This document shows, one piece after another, positions 27,754 through 36,771 of a stretch of 64,000 bases of DNA. The position numbers were made by a program, and so were the translations under genes. The notes below the pieces were generated by a model that was not told where the DNA came from, made no database searches, and was given only the letters and a program-made list of their open reading frames with translations. Within the stretch, counting starts at the first letter, position 1. Each line of letters starts with the position of its first letter. This DNA comes from a virus (lineage: Duplodnaviria > Caudoviricetes). Where the stretch lies: the IMG/VR virus record IMGVR_UViG_3300042691_031247; one strand, given 5' to 3'.

Positions 27754-30639
27754 TTAGGTACGCGGAATGACGGGGTAGTTACCGTTGATAATCTTTGGCG
27801 TATTGGGTTTAAACTCTGGCTCTTTGTATTCGCCGGCCAAACCGGGGGCCGGGTTGCGTTTCTTGTCGATATAGCCGCCCTCGTTTTGCACGATCTTGAA
27901 ATCTTGCTCGACGTACGCGGGTTCGGAGTTGAGCCATTTATCGCCGGGGAACGGGAACGTCTTTCCGCACGCGGCAGCCGTGACTGGCCGCTCTGTCCAC
28001 TTGTCGGGGCTCTTGCCGCCGATACGGGCCATCTGCTGCCAACGGTCCTCGTAAAGCATGAAGTCGGGAATCTTGTAGTCCTCGTCACGTCGGAACGAAA
28101 ACTCCATAATCGTCATCACGCGGTCGTTGCCGGCGCGTTTTTCCTCGTACCACATCTGTTGAATTTTTTGCGTATCAATCAGGTCGCCGACTTTTGGAAT
28201 TTCAACGTCGATGAGTTCTTTAAACAGCTCCACTGCCGCCCGTACTTGCGCCTGACAATCACCGTCACACGGACCTACGAAAATAGCGCCGCGAGCCGCC
28301 ATCTCGGTAAGAATATGGCCCTTTGATACGAGCACGCTTCCGTCGCACAGAACGTTGCCGTCAACAAAAAGATCCTTGTCTGTGCCGACCGGGCCGCAAA
28401 GCAATGTTAACGACTGTTTAAATAGGTTGGCCTTGTTTGTGCCGCCGACCTTTTGACCGCCAAAGAAGTGATAAACTGAACCCGATTCTTTGAGGTAGTT
28501 ATACAGGTTCTCAGACTTGGTAATGATATCTTTGCTGCCCTGTGCGGCGTCGAGCATGATGTCGCCCGGCTTTATGTTGCCGCCGCCTGTGCGCATGTAA
28601 ATCTGATGCGCCAGCCCCACCACGTTCGAGTAAGGGGCGCGCGCAACGACACCGGCAAACTTAATCTGGTCGCCGCACTGCTCGAAGTCGTACTCGATGG
28701 TCTTTCCGCGCGACTCCAACAGAATGCCGCCTTCACGGTCAGACGTCTCGTTACCGGCAAACACCAAGACGTTGCGCTCGGCTTTAATGCGGACGTTCTT
28801 TTCGGTGGCGGAGATATCGACTGTCTTGTTGCCGCGCAGAATGACGTCGTTACCACCCCACGCTTGAACGTCGCGGCCGCCTTTGAGCCACACGTCACCC
28901 GGCGCCGAGATAATCACGCACCCAGCCACCATTCGGATCTCGCCGCCGTATCCGTCACCAATGACTACGCCGCCATCCTCCAGCAACGAGATATACGATT
29001 CTTGCTCATAGAACTTTTGCTGGTTGTAGCGGTGGTCGATTTTCCACTCTTTTGGCGTCGGCTCTTTGAGATACATCGAGCCCTTGAGCTGGCTGAACTC
29101 AGGAATCTTTTGGTTAACGTCAGCGTAGCCTTCGGTTTTTAGATCCTGTTCTTCCCACGTCTTGTAGTCTTTCTCGTGCCAGTAGAACGGGTGCAGGCCG
29201 GCGTAGTTAAACAGATAACCGTGGAGATCGAGGACAGCCGTGGCGCGCTGCATGTTTGGCCACTTGGAGTCTGTCGTCTTGATGTCGCCTGTAATCTTGT
29301 GATCGGGGCCGCTACCGTACTTGCTGGCGGCCTTGTAGTTCCGCTCGGTGTCGTCGCCCTTGCCGGACTCAGGGCGCTTTAGGCGCTGCGGGAAGGGCAG
29401 CAGAATGCGTTTAGATAACACAATGCCCTTGGACGACGTGATAAACCGCCGACCGTCCATGGCCACGTTATCTTCTTGCAGGCCATATACGGGCTTTTCT
29501 TCGTGATCGGGGCTTTTGCTCCCGCCACCACAGTCCGGGGGGAAACTGTGTTTGCTGACGAGCGGCGATTCGAACGGCGGGCCCGGCTGGCCTTCTGGGT
29601 CGGGCTTGTACGTCCATTTCTGCTGGCCCGGTGGCGGCGCGTGGACAATCGTCCTCGTTCCCTGCCCGAGATAGCCGTAGAACTTCTGTGTGCGGTGGTA
29701 CGGCTGCGCAAAGTCGTCTTTGTTTTCCCAGTGCGAGTAATACGGCACGCCCTTGGGGCACTGATAGTCTTTCGGCTGGAAGTCTTTAACAATATCCTGC
29801 CCGGGCTGCAGTAACCCCATCGCTTCCCACGGGTACGGCGCATAACCGTTGGTGTCGTTGCACTCGGCCTGATCCATGTAGGCGTCGCGCTCGCTGCCGG
29901 CCGTCCAGACCTGCATGTTGTAACCGGCCACGCGGAGCATCTGGTCGTGATAGAAGCCGTATACGCCGCAGAACTCGTTTACGGACGCGCGGAACATGAA
30001 GTCATCGACCGTGACGCCAATGCCGGTTGTCGAGATCGCGCCCCACTCGCTGGCTAGCGTGGCGTCCCATGGCCGCCAACCGCTCCAGTCGACCATCTGG
30101 CCGTTGAGCTTTTCTTTGATGTACTTCTTGTGGCAGTCGTCTACGCGCTTGCGGCTAGCCTGCGAAATGTAGTCGTGATAGGCCCGCGTACCGATATCTA
30201 AAACACCCGGGGCGGCGCCAAGAATGAAACCCTGCCCGAGCCGGTCGTGCACCATGACGATGACAGGCGTACCGGGGGCGTACGTATTGATAGCAGAAGC
30301 GCCAAAGCACACCTGACTCGTATGACTCAGGGCCGACGCGATAATTGGCGCACGCGACTTCTCGACAAACACTTTATAGCAATTTGCGATAGCCGTGCCG
30401 TCGGCGATCGTGCCCATACAGATCCGCCCAGTATCCTGAAACCCGGCTTTAAAGCCGTGTAACTTACTGTTGGGATCTGCTACTGCTTGTGTTTGTGCCC
30501 CCCACGCCGCGGTTGCTGTACGACTTGAAAACTGCGTATTACTTTGAACTCGTCGCGCAGTTTGAGTTGTGTCGTATGTGTGTTGCTGTCCGGTGGCTGG
30601 AGAAATACTAACTGGTTTGGGGAGCGGTTGCTCGCTCAT
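27754..30639 (-). CDS. Baseplate central spike (T4 gp5 / VgrG / gpV-like) with OB-fold and beta-helix
   Basis: 961 aa. N-terminal OB-fold (MGTIADG...CYKV...YAPGTPVIVM...GFILG). Beta-helix repeats ISLLEDGGVVIGDGYGGEIRMVAGCVIISAPGDVWLKGGRDV. Confidence 0.8.
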   Translation of the reverse strand: MSEQPLPKPVSISPATGQQHTYDTTQTARRVQSNTQFSSRTATAAWGAQTQAVADPNSKLHGFKAGFQDTGRICMGTIADGTAIANCYKVFVEKSRAPIIASALSHTSQVCFGASAINTYAPGTPVIVMVHDRLGQGFILGAAPGVLDIGTRAYHDYISQASRKRVDDCHKKYIKEKLNGQMVDWSGWRPWDATLASEWGAISTTGIGVTVDDFMFRASVNEFCGVYGFYHDQMLRVAGYNMQVWTAGSERDAYMDQAECNDTNGYAPYPWEAMGLLQPGQDIVKDFQPKDYQCPKGVPYYSHWENKDDFAQPYHRTQKFYGYLGQGTRTIVHAPPPGQQKWTYKPDPEGQPGPPFESPLVSKHSFPPDCGGGSKSPDHEEKPVYGLQEDNVAMDGRRFITSSKGIVLSKRILLPFPQRLKRPESGKGDDTERNYKAASKYGSGPDHKITGDIKTTDSKWPNMQRATAVLDLHGYLFNYAGLHPFYWHEKDYKTWEEQDLKTEGYADVNQKIPEFSQLKGSMYLKEPTPKEWKIDHRYNQQKFYEQESYISLLEDGGVVIGDGYGGEIRMVAGCVIISAPGDVWLKGGRDVQAWGGNDVILRGNKTVDISATEKNVRIKAERNVLVFAGNETSDREGGILLESRGKTIEYDFEQCGDQIKFAGVVARAPYSNVVGLAHQIYMRTGGGNIKPGDIMLDAAQGSKDIITKSENLYNYLKESGSVYHFFGGQKVGGTNKANLFKQSLTLLCGPVGTDKDLFVDGNVLCDGSVLVSKGHILTEMAARGAIFVGPCDGDCQAQVRAAVELFKELIDVEIPKVGDLIDTQKIQQMWYEEKRAGNDRVMTIMEFSFRRDEDYKIPDFMLYEDRWQQMARIGGKSPDKWTERPVTAAACGKTFPFPGDKWLNSEPAYVEQDFKIVQNEGGYIDKKRNPAPGLAGEYKEPEFKPNTPKIINGNYPVIPRT

Positions 30640-30698
30640 TTTTAATCACCAAGTTGGCGTGTTACGGGCGCGAACGCCCCGGGCGGCTGCCCAATACA

Positions 30699-30735
30699 AT
30701 AAACGGCGGCTGCGAAAACCGCAACCGCCGTTTAT
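30699..30735 (-). terminator. Probable intrinsic terminator after the sheath-tube operon
   Basis: Minus strand AUAAACGGCGGUUGCG-GUUUU-CGCAGCCGCCGUUUAU followed by UGUAUU: a 16-bp stem with one G-U pair. Confidence 0.8.
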
Positions 30736-30763
30736 GTTTGTTCCATCACATCAACGTGCCGTA

Positions 30764-31195
30764 TCAAGACACGTCAATATCACTGCAAATAAAGCTCAGA
30801 TTCTCGTTGATTACGACGTCTTGCGCCGTGACGCTGGCGCCGATCGACGTCAGTGTCGCGTCTTTTACGTCGTAATTTACAGAGCCACCGCCCTTGCACG
30901 CGATGCCTTGCAGCATCATGTTCTTGGGTTGGCACATGTTGCCGTAGGTTTGAATCAACGTCTGGAAATCTCCGTTACCGGCCATCACGCGCGTAAGCTG
31001 GCACTGCCCCTGCCGACGGTTACCAACGTAATACACGTTGTTGCTGCCGATCTCGTACAGGAAGTTTACGGTACGGTTCACCGTAAACTGGAACTGCTGC
31101 ACGAGTACGGCCTTAGATCCGAGCGTTAAAACAACATCTTCTGCGCGCACGGCGCCAGTATGTGTTTGCGCTGCACTCTGCCACGGTACTGCCAT
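30764..31195 (-). CDS. Tail tube protein
   Basis: 143 aa directly after the sheath gene. Contains LVQQFQFTVNRTVNFLYEIGSNNVYYV, a tube-type pattern. Confidence 0.85.
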   Translation of the reverse strand: MAVPWQSAAQTHTGAVRAEDVVLTLGSKAVLVQQFQFTVNRTVNFLYEIGSNNVYYVGNRRQGQCQLTRVMAGNGDFQTLIQTYGNMCQPKNMMLQGIACKGGGSVNYDVKDATLTSIGASVTAQDVVINENLSFICSDIDVS

Positions 31196-31237
31196 AATTC
31201 ACCTGCTGTTGTTGGGTTGGTACTTACAATTACGCGA

Positions 31238-34200
31238 TTAGACAACTAAGTGCAGCTCAATGTTGTTGAGCGGCGCCGGGACAGTCAGATCAAGCACAAT
31301 CTCGATACGATCCTTAAGCAGCGGATGAATCTGCAGCTTACGAATCGCGCCGTCGATGAGTTGCGAACCCAGCTCCTCGGTATTACCGTTGCCCTTGAGG
31401 AAATCGATAATCGCCGTGACCTCGTAACGTAACCGACGTACCATGCCCGGCTGCGCGTTCGTGCGGCCGATGAACGGCTTCAGACGGCGGTAGAACAGGT
31501 ACGACATGCTGTCGACGTTACGACGAATCATCTCTTCGCGGCGGTTCAGATCGAGGTTGTCGGTCGTCAAGGCGTGACGCGTGTGCGGCGTGCCGTCCTT
31601 GTCTTCCGTCACGATCCAGACGCCGGCCTCAGCCATGCGGTTAAGCTGGGTTTCGTTGAGGTACTTGTAGGAGCGCGAGAAGTCGTCGAACCCGGCGACC
31701 TCGACGTTCGTCAGCGGCTGGTGGGGCACCACACCGGAGACGAGACCGGCCAGAGCGGCCGCGAGGTAGTAACCGGGCTGAATCGTGCCGGCTTCGCCGA
31801 CCTGATCCGGCCACACGGCGCACACGCGACGGTTCGAAAGCGAACCGCCTTGTTGTGCAACGTCTTCAACGATCTCGTTGCGGTTGCGGTTATGCCAGAC
31901 CTCGACACGCTGCGGAACTGTAACAGCGGCGTCAGCGCCGGAGTACAGCAGCAGGGTCGATTCCGAGATAACCTGATCAACCACGTACTCTTCGTACTGC
32001 TCCTCGCCGAACCCGTCGACCGAGTAGTTGTAGCGCACGATATCGCCGGGACGTACGTCATTCGTGATGAAGTAGCCGTTGCCCGACGTGACCGTCAGCT
32101 TCGTGTACTGCGTGTTGGTGGCGTTCGGGTCGTCGGAGAGCGTGGCAAGAACCGGATCGTCGACCGTCTCGCCAAGCACACCTTCGATGTTAACGCCTTC
32201 ACCAACAACCTTCACGACCGGAACCGCCTTGAGGGCGAAGAAGCCAGCCTTCCAGTTGTTTGCGTACTCGTTCGACTCGCCGCCAATGTGCGCAGCCCAC
32301 AGGTTTTGAATCCTGCGGTCGAACGTCATCGGAACGAGGTTATACATGTCGTCGCGACCCTTGATGCGCTCAAGCACCTGCACCCACTTGTCCATGTCGA
32401 CACCGAGCGAACGACCCTCTTGGTCGTACTTCTCGGGGTCGGCCACGGCGGTGTACTTCACTACGGTGCCGTTGCTGTTAGAGAGCGCCTTGTAAACGCC
32501 CCACTTCAGCGGGTTATCAGGATCGAGCTGGCCCTTGATTTGATCAAGGTCAGCCACGTCGCTGATCGAGTTGACCTGATCGGCCAGCTCAGACAGCCAC
32601 TCGCGGTACTCGACGTACACCTTGCCGGAGATAACCGGCAGGGGCTGCTCGGCGCCAGCGCTTGTCCACTCGGGGTGGTAAGCGACGATGCCTTCCTGTA
32701 CGCAGATCTGGGTGTCTTCGTACCAGAAGTTGGTCATCGGGGCGAATCCGATCCGATTCTTCGAGATCTGGATGTTGTCCTTGATGAACAGCTTAAGGTC
32801 CATGTCTTCGCCGCTGATCAGCTGGCAAGTTGCCGTAGCTGTCACCGCGCCGGGGCCGGACGGCGGCGCCGAAAGCGTGACAGTCGGGGCGCTGGTGTAG
32901 CCGGCGCCACGATCCGTCACAACAACGCCGACAACCATGTCGTCGTTTTCGCCTTGGATGCTGCCGAGCACGGCATAACCGACGGCAGTACGAGCCTGCA
33001 CAAGGTTGCCTGTCGGAGCCGAGAACGTCACAGTCGGGGCGGCGCCGTAACCCGAGCCAGCATTCGTGATGCTGACCGGACCCACCTTGTCGACCGGCGC
33101 GCCGTCCTGCGTGAGCAGTACGGTCGGGAGGTCGTCGCGGAGGATAAGCTGGCGGACCGGGCCGGCCTTGCTGGAGTTAACAGTGATGTACCACTTGTCA
33201 CCCTTGCGGAGACCAGCAACAGCGAAGTTGTCCTCTTGGTCGGTGGCGCCAAGGAAACGAACCTTTACGCCATTCGTGCCGATCGCTACGGAGATGGCGT
33301 TGCCGCCAGCGCCGTCGCCGACAACTTCGGTCGGGCCGGAGAAGTCGAGGCCCTTGACCGTGCGGACAGTGATCTCAGGAAGCTGAGCCCACGTGCCGCC
33401 CTTGGTGCACTCGATGACGTAGGTGTCGTTCTTGGTGCCAGCGTACTTGCCAAGGATGTCAACCGCACCCTGCACGCCGTTTACCGACTCTTCAGTCTGG
33501 TACACGCCGTCAGCGTCCGAAACAGCCTTGACCTTTTCGTACGTCTGCTTGACGTCGAACTTCCACTTCTGACCGACAACAAAGTTATCAAGACCAGTTG
33601 TCGTGAAGCGCACCGAGAGGCCGCGCGTGCCGATGAACGTCACGCCGTCGTTGTCGTCAAAGTCGTTCGGCTGAATTTCAGCCTGATCGTCTGTGCCGGT
33701 TCCCGACACAACGCGCAGACGCGCGGCGTTGCAGCCGGCAATCGTGCTCTTGATGACTTCGACGTAATACTCTTCTTCAACTGCACCGGAGACAAGACCG
33801 TCGTAATCATTGGCGCCTTCGTCTTGGGCGCCAAGAACGGTCACTGCAACTGCGTTATCAACACCCTCGATCTGCGTAACAGTTACGTCAACGCCGTTGG
33901 CGCTTTCGGCTGTGTAGCTGTCTTGGTTGTTAACGTCAGCAGTGGCGGGCAGAATGCGCGACGGAACAAGGTCGCTGGCAAAGCCGGTTACATATGTCTC
34001 AAGCACAGTCTCGATGCAGTCGTTGTCGGCGCTCACAGTGCGGAGCTGAACAACGTCGCCGAGCTGAACGTCACGATCGAAGAACACGCTCGAACGCGGG
34101 TACGCAGCGCCGTTCGACTTGAACGACAGTGTGCTGGACTGCACCCAGTTGGTCTTGCCGGGAACGGCTGTAATCGTCGTGTCGCTCTCGCCCATGTTGT

Positions 34201-34474
34201 GCTGGTAGTAGCGCAGCATGGCGTCGTCAACATAAAGCTTGACGTAAGGAAGATCGACAACAGAGCCGGGCAGACGTTGCGGCCACGTGTAGCACGTATC
34301 GTTAAGACGATCGTACTGACCGAGAAGGCTGAACCGCTTCTCGTCCGTGTTGCTATAGCGGTGAAGAATGCCGTGCGGACCAGCGATGTGGGCGCGCAGC
34401 GGTTCCGTGATCTCCGTGGGGACGATACGGAACTCTTGGAAAACGAGTACTTGTGGTTTTACGTAGCTCGACAT
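31238..34474 (-). CDS. Contractile tail sheath protein (large, with inserted domains)
   Basis: 1078 aa. Sheath C-terminus (YYLAAALAGLVSGVVPHQPLTN; EEMIRRNVDSMSY; DRIEIVLDLTVPAPLNNIELHLVV). Strong codon bias and a GGAGG SD. Confidence 0.93.
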   Translation of the reverse strand: MSSYVKPQVLVFQEFRIVPTEITEPLRAHIAGPHGILHRYSNTDEKRFSLLGQYDRLNDTCYTWPQRLPGSVVDLPYVKLYVDDAMLRYYQHNMGESDTTITAVPGKTNWVQSSTLSFKSNGAAYPRSSVFFDRDVQLGDVVQLRTVSADNDCIETVLETYVTGFASDLVPSRILPATADVNNQDSYTAESANGVDVTVTQIEGVDNAVAVTVLGAQDEGANDYDGLVSGAVEEEYYVEVIKSTIAGCNAARLRVVSGTGTDDQAEIQPNDFDDNDGVTFIGTRGLSVRFTTTGLDNFVVGQKWKFDVKQTYEKVKAVSDADGVYQTEESVNGVQGAVDILGKYAGTKNDTYVIECTKGGTWAQLPEITVRTVKGLDFSGPTEVVGDGAGGNAISVAIGTNGVKVRFLGATDQEDNFAVAGLRKGDKWYITVNSSKAGPVRQLILRDDLPTVLLTQDGAPVDKVGPVSITNAGSGYGAAPTVTFSAPTGNLVQARTAVGYAVLGSIQGENDDMVVGVVVTDRGAGYTSAPTVTLSAPPSGPGAVTATATCQLISGEDMDLKLFIKDNIQISKNRIGFAPMTNFWYEDTQICVQEGIVAYHPEWTSAGAEQPLPVISGKVYVEYREWLSELADQVNSISDVADLDQIKGQLDPDNPLKWGVYKALSNSNGTVVKYTAVADPEKYDQEGRSLGVDMDKWVQVLERIKGRDDMYNLVPMTFDRRIQNLWAAHIGGESNEYANNWKAGFFALKAVPVVKVVGEGVNIEGVLGETVDDPVLATLSDDPNATNTQYTKLTVTSGNGYFITNDVRPGDIVRYNYSVDGFGEEQYEEYVVDQVISESTLLLYSGADAAVTVPQRVEVWHNRNRNEIVEDVAQQGGSLSNRRVCAVWPDQVGEAGTIQPGYYLAAALAGLVSGVVPHQPLTNVEVAGFDDFSRSYKYLNETQLNRMAEAGVWIVTEDKDGTPHTRHALTTDNLDLNRREEMIRRNVDSMSYLFYRRLKPFIGRTNAQPGMVRRLRYEVTAIIDFLKGNGNTEELGSQLIDGAIRKLQIHPLLKDRIEIVLDLTVPAPLNNIELHLVV

Positions 34475-34525
34475 ACGTCTCGGCCTCCGTGCCTAAAATT
34501 TACGTGTGTGCGGTAGGGCGTTCAG

Positions 34526-34560
34526 GTCGTAGTATACACAACTACGCGTTTGCAAAAAAA
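34526..34560 (-). promoter_or_regulatory. Putative promoter for the sheath operon (TATACT -10-like box overlapping a CGTAGT/ACTACG hairpin)
   Basis: TATACT at 34536-34531 in a 103-bp intergenic gap, with an upstream T-tract. No canonically spaced -35. Confidence 0.4.
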
Positions 34561-34577
34561 ACACCCCGTGAAAATTC

Positions 34578-35288
34578 TTAACAAGACAATAGATCCGATG
34601 CCTTGAAGACAATCCGCTTTAGGCGCGGCGCATACGGCTGGAGCAACCAAGCTTCCTCGGCAACGTATGCAACAGTCACAGGGACGGCATATCCCTGAGC
34701 GACCTCTTGAACTTCTCCTATGCCGCCAACCTCGGCGACGTAAAAACGAAACAAATCCATTTGATCTCGGATTAGGGGCGAGAAGTTGATTAAAAACTTC
34801 AGCACCTCGGTCGCGAGAAATTCGGTTTCTGCGCCGGCGGAACTAAGGCAGTATATCGTATGACTACCTTCCCACAGTCCGGCGTAACTTACTTCTCCAG
34901 TATAATCACTGGAGCTTGCAATGTCACCAATAGTTTGTTTTTGCCAGCGCCAGCCATTTCGCTTAATAAGTATAGCCGGCCGTTTATCTGCCGTATTGGG
35001 CGACCAGCGGGTAATACTTTCTATCAAAATGCCGCCTTTGTTATCGCCTGCGTCGGACGGGCGCCACGCGCCAAGCGTTTCAACGTGCCGGCGAATACGC
35101 GGTTCCTCTATATTTTCAGGGTCAGCAAAGTGGCCCATTAACAACTGCCGTAAAAAACCGGTCATTACGTGAGGGCGCGTGCCGTAAGAGCACAGCGCGC
35201 TCACCTTATCGACGCGGTTTTCTGGCGCACTGCCGGCCGGGAACTGCGCTTCAATTTCCGGCGGATTCGGATCGTCGCAGGTACTCAC
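34578..35288 (-). CDS. Tail terminator / tail completion protein
   Basis: 236 aa immediately upstream of the sheath gene. Contains RPAILIKR and GSHTIYCLS..GAETEFLATEV. Confidence 0.65.
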   Translation of the reverse strand: MSTCDDPNPPEIEAQFPAGSAPENRVDKVSALCSYGTRPHVMTGFLRQLLMGHFADPENIEEPRIRRHVETLGAWRPSDAGDNKGGILIESITRWSPNTADKRPAILIKRNGWRWQKQTIGDIASSSDYTGEVSYAGLWEGSHTIYCLSSAGAETEFLATEVLKFLINFSPLIRDQMDLFRFYVAEVGGIGEVQEVAQGYAVPVTVAYVAEEAWLLQPYAPRLKRIVFKASDLLSC

Positions 35289-35403
35289 TGAATTGTTCCT
35301 TTAACTTTTGATCGTGCGCCGCGGTTGGCGCCAGCAGGCTTATTTTTTTGGGTAGGATGCGAATTTTGTCGAGGCGCGGTTCAGACGGGTTTTTGTTTGA
35401 CAT
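35251..35403 (-). CDS. Small hypothetical ORF, 50 aa (MSNKNPSEPRLDKIRILPKK...)
   Basis: The ATG overlaps the upstream stop (TGATG) and the ORF fills an otherwise empty 114-bp gap. It is below the ORF-track size cut-off. Confidence 0.45.
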   Translation of the reverse strand: MSNKNPSEPRLDKIRILPKKISLLAPTAAHDQKLKEQFSEYLRRSESAGN

Positions 35404-36719
35404 CAGATATCCCAAAAATCTTCTGGGGTGCTTTGCGGCGCCGGGTCATTTTCGCACAGTTTAAATTCGTCGGCTGTCGTTAATGTTTTGCCGTCCTCAG
35501 TCGTGAGCGGAAAAACGTCGCCGTCTTCTTCTGTGGCCGTAAGCGGCAGTGTTGGCACCCACGTGCATAATTGCGGCGCGCCAATATTGACTACGTTAAC
35601 AAAGTCGACGTCGGGGCCGTATTCGCCAAGCTTTTCGTATACGATAGCATAATCGCCCGGGTCAAGCGCGATTGATTGCGCCCAGCGCCCGTTGGCGGTT
35701 GTCGAAGTTACACCCAACGCTAAGTTTTTTGGTGTTTCAAACCCGCTGACGTCAAATACGTCTTTAGCGTAGATATAAATAGCCGCGCCGTGAATCGGGC
35801 AGCCGGTTTCGGTTTTGTAAACAAATCGATCGTTACCGCCGTAATTCTGGTCGACCGGTACATCGCCGCAGCCCTCGACCGGTAGCGTGGGCCCAACCCG
35901 CTCCGCCGGCTCGCCGCCGATCTCGATGGCGTAGGCGGTATTGCTGAACGGCAGTAAGCCCATCTTGATTTGATAGATAATTGGGACGTTGCGGATGGCA
36001 GCCTCGATTTTGATGGTTTCTACTAACCACCGTTCGTCGCTGGAGCCGTTGACCCAGATGTCGCTTTTGTTAATCGCGGGAAAGCCGATGACCCGCGCTG
36101 TGATATACGGATTGTGGCGCGTCATACCCTTAAACTGCGCGTCGACGTCTTCCTGAATAGTCTGGGTCGATAAGTCCCAACATTGCAAAGACAGCGGCGG
36201 GTGATAACCAACCTCGAAGCCGGTGCCGTTGCAAACCGGGCAGTCCGAGTCCAGTACTTCTTGCGTCAGCTGATCGCGGCACCTACGGCAGGGCTTCCCG
36301 AACCGAAACGGCTTTAACAGGTAGCCCGGCACGGCGACATATTTAAACCGCAGCTGCTCTTTACGGATAATCTCGCGCGCAATTAGCCAATCTTTCTCGG
36401 GTAAGTCGCCGTAGCAGTTGGCCGCCTGCGAAACGTAAACACTGGTCGGCGTGGTCAGTACGACGCGGTAATGGTCGAGCAGGTCGTAACCGGCTTTGCG
36501 CCATGCCGGGTCATACGCGTTATAGCCGTTTAATACCGGCTGGCCGATATTTACCCAGTCGGTTGCGTCGCGTAAGCCGGTCTTACCCAGCTGCAATTGA
36601 AAAACGTACGGCCCGGGCTCGTTAAACGTCTGCTCTAGCTGCCACCAAACACGGGTAGTTCCGCGGACCATGTGATCTACGGAAACCCGGCGGAACGGAA
36701 AGATGCGCGACTGTGGCAT
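35403..36719 (-). CDS. Neck / head-closure protein with a CxxC...CxxCxGTG zinc motif, N-terminal FN3-like and C-terminal beta domains
   Basis: 438 aa. Contains KPCRRC...DCPVCNGTGFEVGY, a motif seen in head-closure proteins of large myophages. Lies between the adaptor and the tail terminator. Confidence 0.7.
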   Translation of the reverse strand: MPQSRIFPFRRVSVDHMVRGTTRVWWQLEQTFNEPGPYVFQLQLGKTGLRDATDWVNIGQPVLNGYNAYDPAWRKAGYDLLDHYRVVLTTPTSVYVSQAANCYGDLPEKDWLIAREIIRKEQLRFKYVAVPGYLLKPFRFGKPCRRCRDQLTQEVLDSDCPVCNGTGFEVGYHPPLSLQCWDLSTQTIQEDVDAQFKGMTRHNPYITARVIGFPAINKSDIWVNGSSDERWLVETIKIEAAIRNVPIIYQIKMGLLPFSNTAYAIEIGGEPAERVGPTLPVEGCGDVPVDQNYGGNDRFVYKTETGCPIHGAAIYIYAKDVFDVSGFETPKNLALGVTSTTANGRWAQSIALDPGDYAIVYEKLGEYGPDVDFVNVVNIGAPQLCTWVPTLPLTATEEDGDVFPLTTEDGKTLTTADEFKLCENDPAPQSTPEDFWDI

Positions 36720-36771
36720 TGAGCTTTTGAGCGGTTAAGCCTAAAAAACTTGTGTAATTCCCAACATATTA

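Noticed and set aside
30569-31129. 186-aa plus-strand ORF spanning the spike-tube gap
   Set aside because: It overlaps two real genes and a terminator on the opposite strand and has no coding signal.
31574-34516. 980-aa plus-strand ORF antisense to the sheath gene
   Set aside because: It is in exact codon register with the sheath gene. Avoidance of TTA/CTA/TCA codons in a highly biased gene removes antisense stops. No SD and no protein-like features.
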